A stretch of DNA of 42,641 nucleotides from Desulfobacterales bacterium (GCA_030065275.1 JASJCV010000005.1:1-42641); one strand, 5' to 3'; counted from the first letter of the stretch, positions 1 to 8,426 are shown. The notes: generated by a model from the sequence alone, not told the origin. Numbers and translations: made by a program.

Positions 1-1172
1 GTGGCGCACCACAGGTTGGCCTGGCCGCAGGTCATGTCGAGGAAATCTTCCCAAGCTTCGGATTCGAGGTGCTTGAGCTCTTTCTTGTCCATGGTCTTGC
101 CAAGCTCGGCCAGCGCGGTCACGGTGTCCATGATGATGGGACCGCGGCCTTCCTTCATCTCGACCAGCATCAGGTGGTTACGCAGACAGGTCGGGGTGAT
201 GGCGGCCGTGCCGTAAGGTGCATATTTCTCGAGCTCGGCCTTGGCGGCATCGCTGCCGGCATAGGGTTCGCCCAGACCGTTGAGGGTTTTGGCCTTGAAC
301 AGCAGGAACCAGGCACCGACCGGGCCGTAACCGTCTTTGAAACGGGCCGGGGTGAAACGGTTTTCCATCATGGTCAGCTCGGCGCCGACCTTCATGCACA
401 TGGTGTAGGTGGAACCGGCGTTCCATACCGGATACCAGGCACGACCCTTGCCTTCACCCACCGAACGCGGCTGGTAGATATTGACCGCGCCGCCGCAGGC
501 GACCATCATGGTCTTGCACTTGATGATGAAAACCTTGTTTTCGCGGACCGAGAAACCAACGGCGCCGGCGATCTGATTTTCCTCGTTGGCGTCCAGGAGC
601 AGCTCGACGATGAAGCAGCGTTCCAGAATGTTGTCTTCACCGATGGCCAGCTTGCCGGCCTCGGCCACAATGCGCTTGTAGGATTCGCCGTTGATCATGA
701 TCTGCCATTTACCGGTGCGGACCGGCTGGGCGCCGGATTTCAGGGTGCCCATCTTCTGGCCTTTTTTACCGTCGAGGTTTTTGCCGTCGTCGGTCTTCTT
801 CCAGATCGGCAGACCCCATTCTTCGAACAGATGGACGGAGTCGTCCACGTGGCAACCCAGGTCGAAGATCAGGTCTTCGCGCACCAGGCCCATCAGGTCG
901 TTGCGAACCATGCGCACGTAGTCTTCGGGCGCGTTTTCGCCGACGTAAGTGTTGATGGCGGACAGGCCCTGGGCCACGGCGCCGGAGCGCTCCATGGCGG
1001 CTTTGTCGACCAGCAGGACGCTCTGATCGTCGCCCAACCATTTATGGACCTCAAAGGCCGTTCCGCAGGCCGCCATACCACCGCCCACGATCAGAATGTC
1101 AACTTCACGCTCCTCGACTTCCGGGTCCCGTACGGCTTTGAGTTCGCCAGTGGGTACATTCGGTAATGCCAT
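1..1172 (-). CDS. aprA: Adenylylsulfate (APS) reductase alpha subunit, 5' part (runs off the window start; not in the ORF track)
   Basis: Manual minus-strand translation from ATG at 1172 (SD GGAGGT upstream): MALPNVPTGELKAVRDPEVEEREVDILIVGGGMAACG...ERSGAVAQGLSAINTY...HVDDSVHLFEEWGLP...GRAWYPVWNAGS...ENRFTPARFKDGYGPVGAWFL. These are AprA signatures, and the gene directly follows aprB. Confidence 0.97.
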   Translation of the reverse strand, partial: MALPNVPTGELKAVRDPEVEEREVDILIVGGGMAACGTAFEVHKWLGDDQSVLLVDKAAMERSGAVAQGLSAINTYVGENAPEDYVRMVRNDLMGLVREDLIFDLGCHVDDSVHLFEEWGLPIWKKTDDGKNLDGKKGQKMGTLKSGAQPVRTGKWQIMINGESYKRIVAEAGKLAIGEDNILERCFIVELLLDANEENQIAGAVGFSVRENKVFIIKCKTMMVACGGAVNIYQPRSVGEGKGRAWYPVWNAGSTYTMCMKVGAELTMMENRFTPARFKDGYGPVGAWFLLFKAKTLNGLGEPYAGSDAAKAELEKYAPYGTAAITPTCLRNHLMLVEMKEGRGPIIMDTVTALAELGKTMDKKELKHLESEAWEDFLDMTCGQANLWCA

Positions 1173-1233
1173 ATTGCTACCTCCTTAAAGTATAGATTCA
1201 GATTTTTTTGACAGGGGATACCAATCTCAATGA

Positions 1234-1665
1234 CTAAACTTTCGGCGTCGGGATAACGTAGCCGTCGGCTTCTTGGGTGCTCAGCAGACCGCTTTCGAGG
1301 TCTTTACCCTTGAGATCGGTATAGGCATTGGCACCACCTTCAGGGGTGGTCCGGATGGGGAACTTGAAGCGTTTCACAACGCCGTTGCGGAACTTGCAGG
1401 TCCACATGACGTCTTCGGTACCCATCATGGGCATGATGCTGCTTCCCAGCGGCACGAAGTCGGCATAGCCGCGCACTTCAATGGCCTGGGTCGGGCAGAT
1501 TTTTACGCAGGAAAAGCATTCCCAGCACTGATCCGGTTCCTGGTTGTACGCTTTCATGGCGTTTGGATCCAGAACCATCAAATCGTTGGGGCAAATGTAC
1601 ATGCAGGCCGTCTTGTCGCCACCCTTGCAGCCGTCACATTTCTCGTTGATCACATAACTTGGCAT
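1234..1665 (-). CDS. aprB: APS reductase beta subunit (2x[4Fe-4S])
   Basis: MPSYVINEKCDGCKGGDKTACMYICPNDLM...CWECFSCVKICP...KRFKFPIRTTPEG; SD AGGAGG upstream. Confidence 0.97.
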   Translation of the reverse strand: MPSYVINEKCDGCKGGDKTACMYICPNDLMVLDPNAMKAYNQEPDQCWECFSCVKICPTQAIEVRGYADFVPLGSSIMPMMGTEDVMWTCKFRNGVVKRFKFPIRTTPEGGANAYTDLKGKDLESGLLSTQEADGYVIPTPKV

Positions 1666-1876
1666 GTAAAAATCCTCCTAAAGTTGAGTCGTGTGGTTAA
1701 ACCAGCGGGTTCGCCGCCGGTCGTCGGGGTACAACCGTTGTCTATTACACCTCCCTTCCTCTTCATAATGTGGAAAGCGATCCTCTCCGGTGGTTCTATA
1801 GTTTCATAACAAACGGGGTAAGCCCCCGATGTGGTTTGGTTAAGCGCTGGTTGTGGCGGATTGAGATTGGCCGCAT

Positions 1877-1896
1877 TGTTTCAAAATCTTCAAACA
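1877..1896. promoter_or_regulatory. Imperfect palindromic operator (Rex-like 7-4-7 geometry) just downstream of the aprBA promoter
   Basis: TGTTTCAA-AATC-TTCAAACA, one mismatch from a perfect inverted repeat. Confidence 0.4.
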
Positions 1897-1928
1897 TTTC
1901 AGGAGGATATAGTCTGAACGAGTTAGAT

Positions 1929-1957
1929 TTAATACCATTCGCCACTGGGGTTGTCAA
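1929..1957 (-). promoter_or_regulatory. sigma70-type promoter for aprBA
   Basis: Minus strand TTGACA (1957-1952), 17-bp spacer, TATTAA (1934-1929), preceded by a TGn extended -10. Confidence 0.75.
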
Positions 1958-2164
1958 GAATTTTCGATCAGGGAAATCCTTAGACATTGGCGGGTTCGCG
2001 GCCGTTCAGGTCGATAAAACAAGATCTTGAAATGGCGTATCAATTTAACACCACATGTGGTATGAAGGCCCAGTTTTTTTAGCGTTCGCCCCTGCATGCG
2101 GACCCGTGCGGTGCGAACGGACCCAAACCGTGAAAAGGCCCCCAATTCGGATCGAGGAAACAAC

Positions 2165-2902
2165 ATGGAAACCGATTTTATCCCCCTCGAGCTGGATGAC
2201 GAATTCCAGTTCGCCTGCTCTCCGGAGGTCCCCTGCTTCAACCAGTGCTGCCGGGACATCAACCAGTATCTCACACCCTACGATATCTACCGGCTCAAAA
2301 ACCGACTGAAAATGACCTCGGGTGATTTTCTCAATAAACACACGGTTGAGCATATCGGCCCCCAGACCGGCCTGCCCATCGTCAGCCTCAAGGCGCTGCC
2401 CCAGGAGGACCTGCGCTGCCCCTTCGTGTCGGAGGAAGGCTGCCGGGTATACGAGGACCGGCCCGCCTCCTGCCGTACCTATCCGCTGGCCCGCGCGGTG
2501 AGCCAGTCGCGCGAAACCGGACAGCTGGTGGAAAACTACGCCCTCATGCAGGAGCCACACTGCGAGGGGTTCGGCCAGAAAAGGACGCAGACCGTGCGCG
2601 AATGGATCCAAGACCAGGAGATTGCGGAATACAACCGCTTCAACGACATGCTGATGACGATCATCAGCCTCAAGAACCAGCACAAACGCAGCCCGCTCGA
2701 CCTGCGCGAGCAGCACCTCTTTCGACTCGCGCTCTACGATCTGGACGCCTTCAGGGACCATCTCGCCCAAAATGGGTTTCCGGAAGGACTCGACTTGGAC
2801 GATAGCGGGCGGGAAGCCTTGCTAAAGGACGAACGCAAGCTGCTGGCCTTTGGCCATCGATGGCTGCAACTGATGCTTTTTGGGCCGGGCGTGACGCCCT
2901 GA
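2165..2902 (+). CDS. YkgJ family cysteine-cluster (CxxCxxCC-type) protein
   Basis: FQFACSPEVPCFNQCC...CPFVSEEGCRVYEDRPASCRTYP...C; ATG at 2165 after GAGGA. Confidence 0.85.
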   Translation: METDFIPLELDDEFQFACSPEVPCFNQCCRDINQYLTPYDIYRLKNRLKMTSGDFLNKHTVEHIGPQTGLPIVSLKALPQEDLRCPFVSEEGCRVYEDRPASCRTYPLARAVSQSRETGQLVENYALMQEPHCEGFGQKRTQTVREWIQDQEIAEYNRFNDMLMTIISLKNQHKRSPLDLREQHLFRLALYDLDAFRDHLAQNGFPEGLDLDDSGREALLKDERKLLAFGHRWLQLMLFGPGVTP

Positions 2903-2931
2903 AAAGGCGGCGACCCGGCGGGGTATGATCA

Positions 2932-3747
2932 ATGGCGCAAGAAGAACGGGTGGCGCTGGTTCTGGGGGCCATTAAGGGCATCGGCAAGGCCATCGGCCTC
3001 GACCTGGCCCGACGCGGCATCCGGACCGCGCTCAACTATTTCGACTGGGAGGAATCCCTCCCCGCGATGCGGGCCGACTTCGAGGCCGTCGGCACACCGC
3101 ATGCCGTCTTTCGCAATGATCTGACCGATTGCGCCGCCGCGGGCAGGCTGGTTCGCGACACCGTCCGGCACTTCGGGCGCCTCGACATCCTGATCAACAA
3201 TATCGAACGCGGCGGCTGGCCCGTCGTCCATGGCCCCTACCGGCCAGCGCAGTGGGATCTCGAATTCAACACCACGCTGCGCGCCAAACAATGGGTTTTC
3301 GCGTCCGCCCTGCCATACCTCAAGACCGGCGGCCGCGGTTGCGCCATCAACATCTCTTCTGTCGCTGGACTGGTGGGCCGCAGCGGACCGGCCAGCCTGG
3401 TTTTTAACGACGGCTACGCCGCGGCCCAGCGGGGCATTCGTGCCCTGACCGAAACCTGGGCGCGTACGGCCGCCCCCGAGGTACGGGTCAACGAAATCAT
3501 GTTGGGTCTGATGGCCACCCGCCACGGTCCGGAGACGCGCGGCTGGGGGCTGCTCACCCCCGAGCAGCGCCAGGCCCTGATCGACCACACCCTGGTGGGG
3601 CGCGTCGGTCGGCTGGATGACGTGACCCGAGCGGTCTGGTTCATCCTGAGCGAAGCGCCCTACATGACGGGAAGCGTTTTGCGCCTGGACGGCGGCTACG
3701 TGCTGGGGGGCGAATCGGTGGCCCCCATGCCGCCGGGGGTGGTCTGA
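2932..3747 (+). CDS. SDR family oxidoreductase (atypical active site)
   Basis: VALVLGAIKGIG Rossmann motif, LDILINN, INISS, VRVNEI, YMTGSVLRLDGG. Confidence 0.85.
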   Translation: MAQEERVALVLGAIKGIGKAIGLDLARRGIRTALNYFDWEESLPAMRADFEAVGTPHAVFRNDLTDCAAAGRLVRDTVRHFGRLDILINNIERGGWPVVHGPYRPAQWDLEFNTTLRAKQWVFASALPYLKTGGRGCAINISSVAGLVGRSGPASLVFNDGYAAAQRGIRALTETWARTAAPEVRVNEIMLGLMATRHGPETRGWGLLTPEQRQALIDHTLVGRVGRLDDVTRAVWFILSEAPYMTGSVLRLDGGYVLGGESVAPMPPGVV

Positions 3748-3793
3748 CGGGACGGTCCAAGCGGTTGCCCCCCAAGGCGGCCACCGGCGCCGG

Positions 3794-4576
3794 TCAGCGG
3801 GGCCGAATCCATTTCGACGGCAGATCCCATACCGATAGCTTGACCCACTCGAAGCCCAACCCCAATAGCGCCGCGTCGTCCCTCCTGATCTTGCGGATGC
3901 GTTCTTTTTTCACACGATAGCGCTTGAGGAACGAACTCTCAAACACGAAGCGGCGAAAGGCGTCCATATTATAGGTGGCCATGAAAGCCATCTTGGCCTT
4001 GGGGCCGTATGGGCCCTGCCCCCGCCAGGGGTCCTGGTGGAAAAGGGCCTTGATGGCCGCCCATCGGCGGGTCATGCGGTTGTAGACTTGGGCTTCCTGG
4101 TCATCGGCCCAGCTTTCGAGGGTCCAGTTTTCGTCCTCCTGCGACCCCAGGCAGAAATCCGGCGGCCGGAAGAAGCTGACGGTTTGGGGCTCGCCACCAT
4201 CCGGCCCGAACATGAGGCCGTGTTCGACCGGAAACGTGCGGCAGGTGTCGGGGCGGTCCGCGTAGACGGCACAGCCGCTGTCATCCAGGAAGGGGCAGGT
4301 TTGCTCCGCGTCAGCGGCCATGCGCAGGAGGACTTCCGGGAAGTGGCTCCCCTCGCGCAGCACGATGTCGGTGTAACGGTCGAGAAAAACGTCGGCCGTC
4401 ACCTGAAGCGCCTGCTTGAGACGAACAATGTCGTAGGGATAGAGAAAAAGGTTGAGGTTGCGGCAGCAGCGGTTGAAACAGCCGATGTCCGGATGGCAGC
4501 GGAACGCGAACGTCTCCCCCTTTTCCAGACGCCGGCCCTTGAGCGCGGCAATATCGTCGTTTTTGACCGTTTTCAT
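3794..4576 (-). CDS. YkgJ family cysteine-cluster protein (paralog of 2165-2902)
   Basis: FAFRCHPDIGCFNRCC...CPFLDDSGCAVYADRPDTCRTFP...FCLG. Confidence 0.85.
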   Translation of the reverse strand: MKTVKNDDIAALKGRRLEKGETFAFRCHPDIGCFNRCCRNLNLFLYPYDIVRLKQALQVTADVFLDRYTDIVLREGSHFPEVLLRMAADAEQTCPFLDDSGCAVYADRPDTCRTFPVEHGLMFGPDGGEPQTVSFFRPPDFCLGSQEDENWTLESWADDQEAQVYNRMTRRWAAIKALFHQDPWRGQGPYGPKAKMAFMATYNMDAFRRFVFESSFLKRYRVKKERIRKIRRDDAALLGLGFEWVKLSVWDLPSKWIRPR

Positions 4577-5250
4577 CCCGTCGGCCCGCGCCTCCGCCCG
4601 CCCAAGGTGCCGCCGCGGCCGGCGGCCACCTCCCGCACGCCGGCAATGCCGCCCTCCATGGCCAGAATCATTTCGGCGACGGTCATGCCCAACGGGGCGC
4701 TGAAACCGGTCGCCTGCCGGACGGCCCGCTCCAGGCCGGCCAGCCGTTGATAAATGCCGGAGCGATCGAGCAGCCGGGGGGCGATCCGCCGGTACGCCTG
4801 CTCAAAAACATGGCATCCCGTTCCCTGAATCATGCCCCGGACCGGGTGATGCAGGATGTGCGGCAGCCCGTGCAAGCGGCAGATCATGGGGCGATAAGGG
4901 TACAGAATGCAGCGCCCGTCATGGTTGAGCGGGCACCAGTGACGGAAAGGATTGCCCTGGGATTCAGCCTCCTGCAGTGCCTTCAGGTAGCGGCGCGCGT
5001 CGGCGCCGACCCGGCGGCGATGGCCAGCCCCCAGGCCTTCGAACCCCTGGCGCAGGTAGGCGTATTCGATGAGGGTATGGTGCCGGAAGCGGGTCCGGCA
5101 GCAGTTGTCCTCGCAACCGCTGCACGTGAACCCGACATGGGCGGCCGCAGCGTCATACGCCGCGTCCATGCGCGCATAATCGGCGGCGATGCGATCGAAC
5201 CAATCCGGCAGATGAAGCGGGAGGGTTCGGCAGGCGTCATTGAAGTCCAT
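4573..5250 (-). CDS. YkgJ/CxxCxxCC-like cysteine-cluster protein (more divergent)
   Basis: FTCSGCEDNCC...CPLNHDGRCILYPYRPMICRLHG...C; start placed at MDFND (5250); 4-nt overlap with the downstream gene. Confidence 0.75.
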   Translation of the reverse strand: MDFNDACRTLPLHLPDWFDRIAADYARMDAAYDAAAAHVGFTCSGCEDNCCRTRFRHHTLIEYAYLRQGFEGLGAGHRRRVGADARRYLKALQEAESQGNPFRHWCPLNHDGRCILYPYRPMICRLHGLPHILHHPVRGMIQGTGCHVFEQAYRRIAPRLLDRSGIYQRLAGLERAVRQATGFSAPLGMTVAEMILAMEGGIAGVREVAAGRGGTLGGRRRGPTG

Positions 5251-5276
5251 GGTCGTATCCGAACGGGGCTGCCGGT

Positions 5277-6389
5277 TCAGACCACCGGCGCCGGGAAAAA
5301 AATACGCCGGTAAACGGCCATGGCGTAGCGGTCGGTCATGCTGGCCAGCAGGTCGCAAACCAGGCGCTCCCGGGGCTGGTGGTGAAAACGGCAGCCATCC
5401 ATGTCCATGGCCGCCAGTTCCACCTGCAAGGCCTGTTCGTCTTCGAAAAAGTGGCTGTAGAGATCCGAGAGGATCTTCTTGGCCTTGACGAATTCGTTGT
5501 GCACCCGTTGAGAGCGATAGACATTTTCATACAGGAACTGACGCAGCACCAGCATGGCGTCGTAGACCCCCTCACTCATTCGGATCACGGGTTCGCCCGT
5601 CATGGCCTGGCTGTTGGCGATCAAATCCCTGATCATCGTCGTGGCCCGGTCGGAATGGGTGCGCCCCAAAATGGCCAGGCAGGCCGAGGGCAGCTGATCC
5701 TCGTGCACGACGCCGCTGCGCACCGCATCGTCGAGGTCGTGATTAAGATAGGCCATGATGTCGGCAAACCGGACGATGCAGCCCTCCAACGTTACCGGCA
5801 GCTCCGCCGGGTCTTCGGGCAACACTTTCCCGAAGCCTTTTGAATGTTTGAGAATGCCGTCCCGAACCTCGAAAGTCAGATTGAGGCCGCGCCCGTTGTC
5901 CTCCAGAAAATCGACCACGCGCAGACTCTGCTCGTTATGGCGAAAATCCGGCGAATGAATCTCCTTGAGGGCGGTTTCACCGCCATGCCCGAACGGGGTA
6001 TGGCCCAGGTCGTGCCCCAGCGCGATGGCCTCGGCCAAGTCTTCGTTCAGGAACATGGCCCGTGCGATATTGCGCGCAATCTGGGCCACTTCCAGGGTAT
6101 GGGTCAGACGCGTGCGGTAGACGTCGCCCAGGGGATTGAGAAAAACCTGGGTTTTGTATTTCAGACGGCGGAAGGCATTCGAATAGACGATGCGGTCACG
6201 GTCGCGCTGAAAGGCGGTGCGGACCGGGCAGGCCGCTTCGACTTGCTCGCGCCCGCGACTGGCGGAGCTCAGACAGCCAAAGGGAGACATGAAGCGCTTC
6301 TCCCGCATTTCAAACTGCTCACGGATGGTTTCCGGAGCCGGCTTGCGGTCATCCCATTTCGTTCGCTTGGGTACCAATCTCAGGTTCAT
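5277..6389 (-). CDS. dgt: Deoxyguanosinetriphosphate triphosphohydrolase-like HD protein
   Basis: RTAFQRDRDRIVYSNAFRRLKYKTQVF, RTRLTHTLEV, GHDLGHTPFGHGGE, ADIMAYLNHDLDDA, ASMTDRYA. Confidence 0.93.
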   Translation of the reverse strand: MNLRLVPKRTKWDDRKPAPETIREQFEMREKRFMSPFGCLSSASRGREQVEAACPVRTAFQRDRDRIVYSNAFRRLKYKTQVFLNPLGDVYRTRLTHTLEVAQIARNIARAMFLNEDLAEAIALGHDLGHTPFGHGGETALKEIHSPDFRHNEQSLRVVDFLEDNGRGLNLTFEVRDGILKHSKGFGKVLPEDPAELPVTLEGCIVRFADIMAYLNHDLDDAVRSGVVHEDQLPSACLAILGRTHSDRATTMIRDLIANSQAMTGEPVIRMSEGVYDAMLVLRQFLYENVYRSQRVHNEFVKAKKILSDLYSHFFEDEQALQVELAAMDMDGCRFHHQPRERLVCDLLASMTDRYAMAVYRRIFFPAPVV

Positions 6390-6557
6390 GGTTTACACCA
6401 ATGGCAGCAGACGCTAATTTTATCCCATGCAGTCTTGCGCTGGGCACCTTGTCATCAAACGGCGCAGGCAGTCCCCCGCACCAACGTGGGATCATATCTG
6501 GCCCGGACAGCGCTTGTAAAGCACTAAAGCGGGTTGCAACAATATGGAGGGGCCGAC

Positions 6558-7115
6558 ATGGGGGGACATCACCTCATAATGGGGCAGCTGACGGATTGCG
6601 TCACCGGAAAGACGCTTGCGGATACCCATGATGAGCGCTATCGGCAGCGTATCGCCAACCTGCTCATGGAAGGCAGGGGCTATCCGCCGTCGGCGATCCA
6701 TCCGCGCGTGCCGATCGATCTTCACGTCGATGCCCGCTCAGCACGCATACGGCTGGACTTCATCATCAGGCACGAAGGGCACGTGTTGCTGCTCGTCAAA
6801 TACGGCCCGGGTTCGCTGGTCACACGGCACCAGATTGCCTACGCCGCGGCACGGACCCTGGCCTCATCCGTGGTGCCGTTCAGCATCGTCACCAACGGCG
6901 AAGACGCCCATTGGCTGGACAACGTACAACGCAAGCTGTTAGGCCAGGGCCTGGATGCCATCTGGGATTTCGGGACCCTGATCGAACGGGCGCGGACGCG
7001 CGCTTCGGTCGGCGTGACCTCGTGGCAGGCCGAGATGGCCGCCCGCATCTTATGGGCCTATGAAGTCGACGGACGCTGCCCATGCGACGACACGGTATGC
7101 GAACTTGAATCCTGA
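6558..7115 (+). CDS. Type I restriction enzyme HsdR N-terminal-like domain protein (stand-alone)
   Basis: DTHDERYRQRIANLL..RGY...RLDFII...VK...VTNG pattern of HSDR_N-type domains; GGAGG SD before ATG 6558. Confidence 0.65.
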   Translation: MGGHHLIMGQLTDCVTGKTLADTHDERYRQRIANLLMEGRGYPPSAIHPRVPIDLHVDARSARIRLDFIIRHEGHVLLLVKYGPGSLVTRHQIAYAAARTLASSVVPFSIVTNGEDAHWLDNVQRKLLGQGLDAIWDFGTLIERARTRASVGVTSWQAEMAARILWAYEVDGRCPCDDTVCELES

Positions 7116-7148
7116 AAACCGAACATCTCCCCCGACAGAAAGCGCCCC

Positions 7149-7664
7149 ATGAACCACGAAGACTACATGCGCATGGCGTTGAAGGAGGCCGAAAAGGCGA
7201 TGGCGGCCGGCGAGTTCCCGGTTGGCTGCGTTCTCGTTCATGACGGCCGGATTGTGGCCCGCGGCGCCCGCCAGGCCAGCCAAATGGATCGCTGCAACGA
7301 ACTGGATCATGCCGAGATGGTCGCCCTGCGACAGTTGGCCGACCAGGCCTGCACGGCGGCCCCGCGCGATATCAGCCTGTATTGCACCATGGAACCCTGT
7401 CTGATGTGTTTGGCGGCGCTCATCCTGGCCGGGATCGGTACGATCGTCTACGCCTATGAGGATGTCATGGGCGGCGGCACCGGCCTCGATTTCGAAGGAC
7501 TGCCGCCACTCTACGCCCAGCGAAAGCCGCAGATCATCGGGGGGGTATTGCGCCGGGCCAGTCTCCGGCTGTTCCGGGAATTTTTCGCCAACGGTCGGAA
7601 TGACTACTGGCGGGGCAGCCCACTGGCCGATTACACCCTGGCCCAGGAGGCGATCGCCCCATAA
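7149..7664 (+). CDS. Nucleoside/tRNA adenosine deaminase family (TadA-like) Zn deaminase
   Basis: YMRMALKEA..A...GEFPVGCVLV, HAE, LYCTMEPCLMC. Confidence 0.85.
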   Translation: MNHEDYMRMALKEAEKAMAAGEFPVGCVLVHDGRIVARGARQASQMDRCNELDHAEMVALRQLADQACTAAPRDISLYCTMEPCLMCLAALILAGIGTIVYAYEDVMGGGTGLDFEGLPPLYAQRKPQIIGGVLRRASLRLFREFFANGRNDYWRGSPLADYTLAQEAIAP

Positions 7665-7706
7665 ACGCCAAGGGGCGGCCGGCTATTTTTTCCTTGCATT
7701 TTTGGG

Positions 7707-7733
7707 TTGCATTTCTTAAGTTCGTGCTATATA
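7707..7733 (+). promoter_or_regulatory. Putative promoter for infC operon
   Basis: TTGCAT at 7707 and TG-C-TATATA (extended -10) at 7725-7733; the spacing is short. Confidence 0.4.
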
Positions 7734-7886
7734 TGCCTTTCTCCGATCTCTGCGATTGGAGAGAGCGCTTCGTTGGACCCTTCGGAGATTTCCCCGAGGC
7801 AATCAAGGGGAACGGGCGGCCACAAGCCCCCCCGGTTCCCGGCAATCGGTTTAATTGAAACCCCTATTTCGTTGGGAGGTGAAAGA

Positions 7887-8426
7887 ATAGCTCATCCAAG
7901 AAGACCATTTCGGCCGAACCGATCGGACATGACCAATATCAACCGCAAGATTCGGGCCCGTGAAGTCAGGGTAATTGATCCGAACGGAGAGCAGATTGGT
8001 GTCATTTCGATCGAAGCGGCTTTGGCAGCGGCTGCCGATCTGGGCCTTGATCTGGTGGAGGTTTCGCCCAACGCAAACCCACCGGTTTGCAAGATCATGG
8101 ACTACGGGCGTTTCAAGTACGAACAAACCAAGAAAAAGCAGGAAGCCAAGAAAAAGCAGACCACCTTCCAGGTTAAAGAAATCAAAGTGCGTCCCAAAAC
8201 CGGCGATCACGATCTGCAGGTCAAAATGGGCCACATCCGCAAGTTTCTTGGCAAAAAGGACAAAGTTAAGGTCACCGTCCTGTTCCGCGGGCGTGAGATC
8301 ACGCTGTCCGACCGTGGAAGAGAACTTCTCCAGCGCATAGCCGCTGAATTTGAGGATATTGCCGTGGTCGAGCAATACCCCAAATTTGAAGGCCGGACCA
8401 TGATGATGGTGCTTTCACCCAAATAA
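7887..8426 (+). CDS. infC: Translation initiation factor IF-3, non-canonical ATA start
   Basis: INRKIRAREVRVID...LDLVEVSPNANPPVCKIMDYGRFKYEQ...VKEIKVRP...KVKVTVLFRGRE; GGAGGT at 7875-7880 sits 6 nt before an in-frame ATA at 7887. Confidence 0.95.
   Translation: MAHPRRPFRPNRSDMTNINRKIRAREVRVIDPNGEQIGVISIEAALAAAADLGLDLVEVSPNANPPVCKIMDYGRFKYEQTKKKQEAKKKQTTFQVKEIKVRPKTGDHDLQVKMGHIRKFLGKKDKVKVTVLFRGREITLSDRGRELLQRIAAEFEDIAVVEQYPKFEGRTMMMVLSPK

Noticed and set aside
69-1166. 365-aa plus-strand ORF in the track
   Set aside because: Antisense shadow of aprA; the minus frame carries the AprA motifs
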